A stretch of 28,706 bases of DNA from Octopus sinensis (taxonomy: Eukaryota): the NCBI RefSeq assembly GCF_006345805.1, contig NW_021836374.1, positions 1 to 28,706 on the forward strand, in the 5' to 3' direction. Positions 21,817 through 28,706 of the stretch are shown piece by piece. Each line of letters begins with the position of its first letter. The stretch's first letter is position 1. The notes beneath the pieces are model-generated. The model was not told the origin of the DNA and did not search any database. It saw only the letters and a program-made list of their open reading frames with translations. Both the position numbers and the translations under genes were made by a program.

Positions 21817-22230
21817 TGCAGGAGTGGCTGTGTGGTTAGTAGCTTGCTTACCAACCACATGGTTCCGGGTTCAGTCCCACTGCGTGGCACCTTGGCCAAG
21901 TGTTTTCTACTATAGCCTCGGGCCGACCAAAGCCTTGTGAGTGGATTTGGTAGATGGAAACTGAAAGAAGCCCGTCGTATATATGTATGTATATATATGC
22001 GTGTGTGTGTTTGTGTGTCTGTGTTTGTCCCCCTAGCATTGCTTGACAACCGATGCTGGTGTGTTTATGTCCCCCGTTACTAAGCGGTTCAGCAAAAGAG
22101 AGTGATAGAATAAGTACTGGGCTTACAAAAGAATAAGTCCCGGGGTCGAGTTGCTCGATTAAAGGCGGTGCTCCAGCATGGCTGCAGTCAAATGACTGAA
22201 ACAAGTAAAAGAGTAAAGAGTAAAAGAGTA
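21815..22230 (+). mobile_element. Full-length tRNA-derived composite SINE
   Basis: A box TGGCTGTGTGG, B box GGTTCAGTCCC, CORE-like CCTTGGCCAAGTG, internal (TA)/(TG) and a (GTAAAAGA)n tail. At least five copies occur in the window. Confidence 0.9.
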
Positions 22231-22316
22231 ATATATATGGCTAGGATTTGGTCAACAGAAATATACATTGTATGAATGTGTATGTGTTTGTGTGCATGTG
22301 TGTGTGTGTGTGTGAA

Positions 22317-22615
22317 GGTGCATGGCTTAGTGGTTAGGGTATTGAGCTCATGGTTATAAGCTTGTGAGTTCGATTCCTGGTGGTGTTTTGTGTCCTTGAG
22401 CAAGACACTTCATTTTTTGTTGCTCCAGCCCCCTCAGCTGGCAACAATGTTCTCTACCTGTATTTCAAAGGACAAACCTTGTCGCATTCTGTGTCACCTT
22501 GAATCTCCTTGAGAACTACATAAACGATATGCATGTCTGTGGAATACTCAGCCACTTGCATGTTAATTTCATGAGTGGGCTGTTCCATTAATTGGATCAA
22601 CTGGAGCACTTGTCC
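22317..22615 (+). mobile_element. Another tRNA-derived SINE family
   Basis: TGGCTTAGTGGTTAGG (A box), GAGTTCGATTCC (B box) and TGTCCTTGAGCAAGACACTT (CORE-like). Confidence 0.7.
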
Positions 22616-22670
22616 TCATAGCCAATGGAGTGCTGGTCGTTATTGTGTTTGTTGTCTGTTTTTGTCTGCA

Positions 22671-22831
22671 GCACTGGAGTGGCTGTGTGGTAAGAAGCTT
22701 GCTTACCAACCACATGGTTCCAGGTTCAGTCCCACTGCGTGGCATCTTGGGCAAGTGACTTCTGCTATAGCCCCGGGCCGACCAATGCCTTGTGAGTGGA
22801 TTTGGTAGACGGAAACTGAAAGAAGCCCATC

Positions 22832-22865
<34 letters not shown>

Positions 22866-23107
22866 GTATGTGTGTGTGTGTTTGTGTGTCTGTGTTTGTC
22901 CCCCTAGCATTGCTTGACAACCGATGCTGGTGTGTTTACGTCCCTGTCACTTAGCGGTTCGGCAAAAGGGACCGATAGAATAAGTACTGGGCTTACAAAG
23001 AATAAGTCCCGGGGTCGATTTGCTCGACTAAAAGGCAATGCCCCAGCATGGCCGCAGTCGAATGACTGAAACAAGTAAATGAGTGAAAGAGTAAAAGAGT
23101 AAAGAGA
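22671..23107 (+). mobile_element. Full-length tRNA-derived composite SINE
   Basis: Closely similar to 21815-22230. Confidence 0.9.
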
Positions 23108-23544
23108 GCACTGCTTAACAACTGCTGTTAGTTTCTTTACATCCCCAATAACTTAGCAGTTCAGGCAAAGAGACTGATAAATTAGATAGCAGACTTTGAA
23201 AAATAAGTACCGAGATCGATTTACTTGACTAAAACCTTTCTAAAAGATGCCCCAGCATGACCATAAACCAATGATTGAAAGAAAATTAGGCAGAAAAGCA
23301 CAAAACCTTGGTGTTGATAAAAGAAATTTGGTGAAGCTTCCATGCAATGAGATTGAAACCCCGACCACATGAATGCAAAGTGAGTTTCTTAACCACATGG
23401 CTAAATCAGCGTTCATGTAATATACGGATTTAATAACCATTAATGCTATTAATCCTGACAAGATTTCTCACTTATTTCGGAAGATTATCTGAAAGAAATA
23501 GATAACAAGCTTTGCGTGTTTATGCTCTGGGCATATATAATGGC

Positions 23545-23672
23545 GTAATATATATATACATACATATATATATATGTGTGTGTTTGTGTTTAGGTGTATT
23601 GTGTGTGTGTGCGTGCATGTAATATATATATATATATATGTACGTGTGTGGTATATATGTATATATAGCATG

Positions 23673-23707
<35 letters not shown>

Positions 23708-23751
23708 GTATGTATATATATATATATATAATATATGTATATATATGTATG

Positions 23752-23787
<36 letters not shown>

Positions 23788-23927
23788 TGTAATATATATA
23801 TATGTATATATATATATATTATATTATATATATATATATATATAGCATATATTTGTATGTATAACGTATATAGATAATATGGTGTGTATATATATATATG
23901 TGGGTATATATGTATATATATATATAT

Positions 23928-23960
<33 letters not shown>

Positions 23961-24120
23961 GTATGTCTGTGTGAAAGATACAAAGAGGGTAGGGAAGAGA
24001 GATAGAAAGAGGAAGCAAGAGTGAAAGAGTGAAGGAGGGAGGGAGAAGAACAAAAGGTTGAGGAAGAGAGGGGTAGAGATAAAGAGAGAGAGAGAGAGAT
24101 AAAAAGAGAGAGAGAAAGTG
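23545..24120. repeat. (TA)n tract followed by a (GA)-rich tract
   Basis: Direct reading of the sequence. Confidence 0.9.
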
Positions 24121-24224
24121 AAAATCTGTAAGTTTTAGAGAGTGACAGTGAATTAAATTGTTCCTCTTTTATTTTTAAGGTTAAATCCCTTATCAAGATT
24201 ATTCCCTCCCCTCCTCCCATCCCC

Positions 24225-25325
24225 ATCACTAACACCACCATCATCATCATCATTATCATCATCATCATCAACAACAGCAACAGGAACACTATCACTGCAA
24301 CTGCAACGATAGTCATCACTACTCCATCAAGTTTGACACCACCACTACCATCACCACCAGCATCATTATCATCATCATCATCATCGTCATCAACATCTTC
24401 GTCATCACTGTCCTCCTTCTCTGCCTTCTTGTCAGCATAATCTCCATCACCACCACTACCACCATCATCATCAACACGGTCGTTATCATCATCATCATCA
24501 TCATCATCACTACCATAAACACTGTTGCTATCTTTGTTATTATCATCATCATCACTTCTGTTGTCATCATTGTGATCATCATCATTCCACAACCACCACA
24601 ATCATTAGCATCATCATCATCATAATCATCACCCCCATCATCCTCATCACCATCATCAACATCATCATTATCATCACCATCATCATCATCACCATCATCA
24701 TCAACATCAACATCATCATTATCATCACTATCATCATCATCATTACCATCATCATCACCATTACCATCATCATCATCATCATCACTGTCATCATCATCAT
24801 TATCATCTCTGCTTCGAACAATAATGCTGATATTGTTATCATTGTCATTGTTGCTGATGTCATCATCATGATCGTCGTCACCCACCATCACCATCACCAT
24901 CTCTTCGACCATAACCATCATCGTCATCATCATCATCATCACCCCTACTACCACAATTACTCTTGTTAACAGTTGCAGGATTAGTTATCGCAGTATTTTC
25001 AGATTGTGCAACATCAGCAAAACCGTCATCACCAGCATCATCATCATCAGCAGCAGCGGTGGTAGCTACAGCAGCAGCAGAAACTCAACAAGAGTCACCA
25101 TCATTATCATTACCATCATCACCATCATCATCACCATCATCGTCAGCGGTAACACCATCACCATCATTGTCATCGTCATCATCACCACCATCGTCACCAT
25201 CACAAAATTCATTATCTTCATCATCATCACTATCAACTTCATCAGTAGCAGCACCACTACTATCATTGCCATCATCATTATCATCATCGTCATCATCACC
25301 ACCGCCACTGCCACCATCATTGCAG
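24225..25325. repeat. Degenerate (CAT)n/(CAC)n microsatellite
   Basis: Direct reading of the sequence. Confidence 0.9.
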
Positions 25326-25827
25326 CATATTCTTCAACAAGCAGTTCTTTAACACCAGTGAAAAAGGCTCTACCCTAAGCTGCTCCCACTTAAACAGTAT
25401 CTCATCACCCTTCAAGGGTCATTCTTTCTTTTGTCTTCCTTTTATGTGTTTCAGTCATTGGACAGTGGCCATGCTGGGGCACCAATGCAAAGGATTTAGT
25501 CAAACATTGAATAATGTAGTCCTAGTTACACAATGCCTGGAAATAAAAAAGCAAGTTGGGCATGTTTGAATGCTTTTGTTCATTGTTTTTATTTGATCAG
25601 GTTTGACTTGGTGTTAAAGGACAAAATTGAAGGGAGTCACATACTATAGTGTTGTCCTAGATACACAATGCCAGAAATGAAGATGATGCAGACATTGTTA
25701 GATTACTTTTGATCAATGGTCTGCATGATCAGGGCCACCCTGGAACTAAACAACAAACTCATAGAAAGACACATTGAATAGTGTAGTCCTAGATACACAA
25801 TGCCTGGAGTTTTTATCGCTGGCTTAT

Positions 25828-25863
<36 letters not shown>

Positions 25864-25865
<2 letters not shown>

Positions 25866-26071
25866 ACTTGTATACTTGTTTCAGTCATTTGACTGCGGCC
25901 ATGCTGGAGCACCACCTTTAGTCGAGCAATCGACCCTGGGACTTACTCTTTTGTAAGTCTTGTACTTATTCTATCGGTCTCTCGTGCCAAACCGCTAAGT
26001 TACGGGGATACAAACACACCAGCATCGGTTGTCAAGCAATGCTAGGGGGACAAACACAGACACACACACAT

Positions 26072-26102
<31 letters not shown>

Positions 26103-26273
26103 CATATATACGACAGGCTTCTTTCAGTTTCCGTCTACCAAATCCACTCACAAGGCATTGGTCGGCCCGGGGCTATAGCAGAAGACACTTGCCCAAGATG
26201 CCAATCAGTGGGACTGAACCCGGAACCATGTGGTTGGTTAGCAAGCTACTTACCACACAGCCACTCCTGCGCC
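25864..26273 (-). mobile_element. Full-length tRNA-derived composite SINE
   Basis: Closely similar to 11565-11980. Confidence 0.9.
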
Positions 26274-26948
26274 TGTATTTGATATTGGGTTTGTTCTCTG
26301 TTTGATCAGGATTGACTGAGAGCTAAACAGCAGCAGCAGCAACAACAACAACAACAACAACAGCAGCAGCAGCATAATTAAGACATTATTAAACCAGATG
26401 CCATAGATTGTGTGTTATCTTCCAACACAGCAACAAAAAAAAAATGATCCATTCTATTACATAATAATAACAATTATTATTTATATCGTTTTCTGAATAA
26501 TGAGATACCCGACCACAAATAAAAATACAATTCAAAAAATTCTTGCTATCCAAGATTTTTACTATGAAGCTTTTATGCGATTAATCCAAAACAGCAGAAA
26601 ATTTCTATGTTTGGCAGAATAATCAAACGCTAACGTAATTTGTGTACGGCACCATGAGAGAAAAGTTGGAAACAATCGCAATCATTTTAATTGCAGTAAT
26701 CCTTCATAATAATTCTTTTATATCTAATTGCCGAGGGATAAAGAAAAATTTAATCCAATTTGGAATCCATTTTTAATAGTCATTGTTTTTGCATTAAGAA
26801 TGAAATATTCAAAAAGAGAAAACCAAACAGAAAGAAAAATTAGTTTTTAAATTAACTTTTTTAAAATTGTGTTATTTGATAAGAAATACGTTTATTTTAA
26901 TTTTCATTTTTTTTATTGTATATTTCTTGTATTGGCTTTCATTGGAAC

Positions 26949-27386
26949 TTATATATATATAATACGATATATATATATAATATATATACTATAGATATAT
27001 ATATATATATCCATATACATATATATATTATATATATACATATATAGACATATATATATATATATACACATACATATATATACATCTATATATATATATA
27101 GCATACATATATATATATATATATACATATATATATACATATATATCCATATATATATACATATATATATATATAATATATATATATATATTATTATAGC
27201 ATACATACTATATATATATATATAGATAGATAGAGATAGATAGATTGATATATATATAGCATCTATATAATATATATATATATATATATATTATGATATA
27301 TGCATACATATATACATACACCTAGGATAGATAGAGATCTGATATAGCATATAATAGCCCCGGCAGCGGCGTATATATAATATATA

Positions 27387-27417
<31 letters not shown>

Positions 27418-27420
27418 AAT
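26949..27420. repeat. (TA)n-rich tract
   Basis: Direct reading of the sequence. Confidence 0.9.
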
Positions 27421-27649
27421 AGATGTGTATTTTTCCCTTGTTAACAATTAACATGGAAAAAATAGATAAATAGTTATCAGGGTAGCAAAAAAATCCCACA
27501 AGTAAAAAGGTTGTAACTCCTTGTTTTTAAAGGTAAAAACTTCAGGTTTCAATGGAATTTTTTGTATAATATATATAAATAAATAAATGGAGTTAAACAC
27601 AGGTGTTATTCAAATTTTTTTACTTCCGACATGTTTTCGAAGATATCAC

Positions 27650-28616
27650 TGATATTATTTTCAGTGATAAGGCCGAATTTTATAACTCTGCCTTACTTAA
27701 AGCAGGTTATACAGAGAAAGATATCTACATTGATTCCATTCAATCTTATTCTAACTTTACTAATGTAGATATGAAATCTAGTTGTAAAGAAATTAAAGAT
27801 ATCAATTTTAATTTATACACTAAAACAAAACGAAGAAAGGGGATAACGCTTATTTAATCCTCTATTTTCATTCTAAAGGTAAATTTAAGTCTTTCAAAAA
27901 TAATTACACTAAGAATAAGATAACTAGTAGTAATTTGGTTAATTATTCCATACAGGGGGCAAATTAAATCTAATCTCCCATTGCAGTTTAGTGAAGCTAT
28001 TATTAGGAATTTTCCAAAGAATTCTAGGTATTACTCTATTATCAACTCACATACGGTTAGGATTGGTTTTTCTAACACTAAAAATCTCTTACAAATTATC
28101 TCTTCATATAATATCAACCCGTTAAATATTAATACATTTACTAACACGAACATTAATTTAGTTAATACTATTCCTCCCTCTAGAAATATTAATAACAAGA
28201 TTATTGTAGCTGAAGTCAATTCCAACAGAATTAAGTTTATGTCAAGTAACTCTAAAATTAAACATTCTATATACCAGTGTAAAATAAGTACTCATAATAA
28301 AGTACAATCTTACATTGGAAGCACATCTTCACAGTTATATAAAAGAATTTCTATCCATTACTCAACATTTAGGGATAGGAATAAATGTAACAGTACAGGG
28401 CTTAGTAAATTAATTTGGGATCTAAAAGACCACAATGAACAATTTAATTTTAAATGGTTGATTCTCTCAATCTCGATACCTTATTAAAAAGGCAAGGAAT
28501 TCTGTCTTCTCTGTAATTTTGAACTATTTTTCATTATTTTTTCTAAAAATCCCCTTGTAAACACGGTTATAGAGCATGCAAACCGATGTAAACATTGGCA
28601 AAAACACACCTTTTAG
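27650..28616 (+). pseudogene. Penelope-like element ORF 3' part (RT thumb/linker and GIY-YIG endonuclease), 5'-truncated and disrupted
   Basis: Motifs are FYNSALLKAGY (thumb), NFPKNSRYYSIINSHTVRIGFS (linker) and SIYQCKI...SYIGST...KRISIHYSTF...STGLSKLIWDLK...W (GIY-YIG). After an internal stop at 28485-28487 it continues KGKEFCLLCNFE...LVNTVIEHANRCKH to TAG at 28614-28616. Confidence 0.85.
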
Positions 28617-28706
28617 TTCATATAAGCAATCTCTATCATTATACATATTTAAACATTAATTTTCTTTTTACATTTCACATTCACTAGTATATATTTCCTA
28701 GTCTAT

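Noticed and set aside
21815-21890. tRNA gene
   Set aside because: A and B boxes are present but there is no complete cloverleaf, and the sequence continues into a multi-copy SINE body.
23927-25378. Asp-rich and Ser-rich ORFs resembling biomineralisation or mucin proteins
   Set aside because: They derive from degenerate (CAT)n, are open in several frames on both strands, and have no splice or domain support.
9690-26636. Shared 11-mer ACGCTAACGTA at about 9690 and about 26627
   Set aside because: An 11-bp match is expected by chance in 28 kb, and the similarity does not extend convincingly.

Overview
AT-rich, microsatellite-dense eukaryotic DNA whose repeat content (tRNA-derived SINEs with (GAT)n or GTAAAAGA tails, RTE and R4/Dong LINE remnants, very long (TA)n, (GAT)n and (GA)n tracts) looks like an octopus (coleoid cephalopod) intron or intergenic region. 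The taxon call comes from recognising the repeats, not from a search. I found no intact host gene, and almost all ORFs in the track are translations of microsatellites or SINEs. The window is a collage of mobile elements: a decayed Penelope-like element (PLE) with a GIY-YIG endonuclease, an L1/Tx1-type ORF1 relic with a CCHC knuckle, RTE and R4/Dong 3' fragments, piggyBac-like and mariner MITEs, a head-to-tail Helitron dimer and many SINEs, including a 185-bp tandem array. The most notable signal is four sequence-unrelated type I hammerhead ribozyme (HHR) loci, each in or next to a (TA)n tract. They have variant cores (U3-A8, U4C) and palindromic stem III. Two of them lie in long head-to-head palindromes, so a transcript from either strand carries a ribozyme together with its own antisense.
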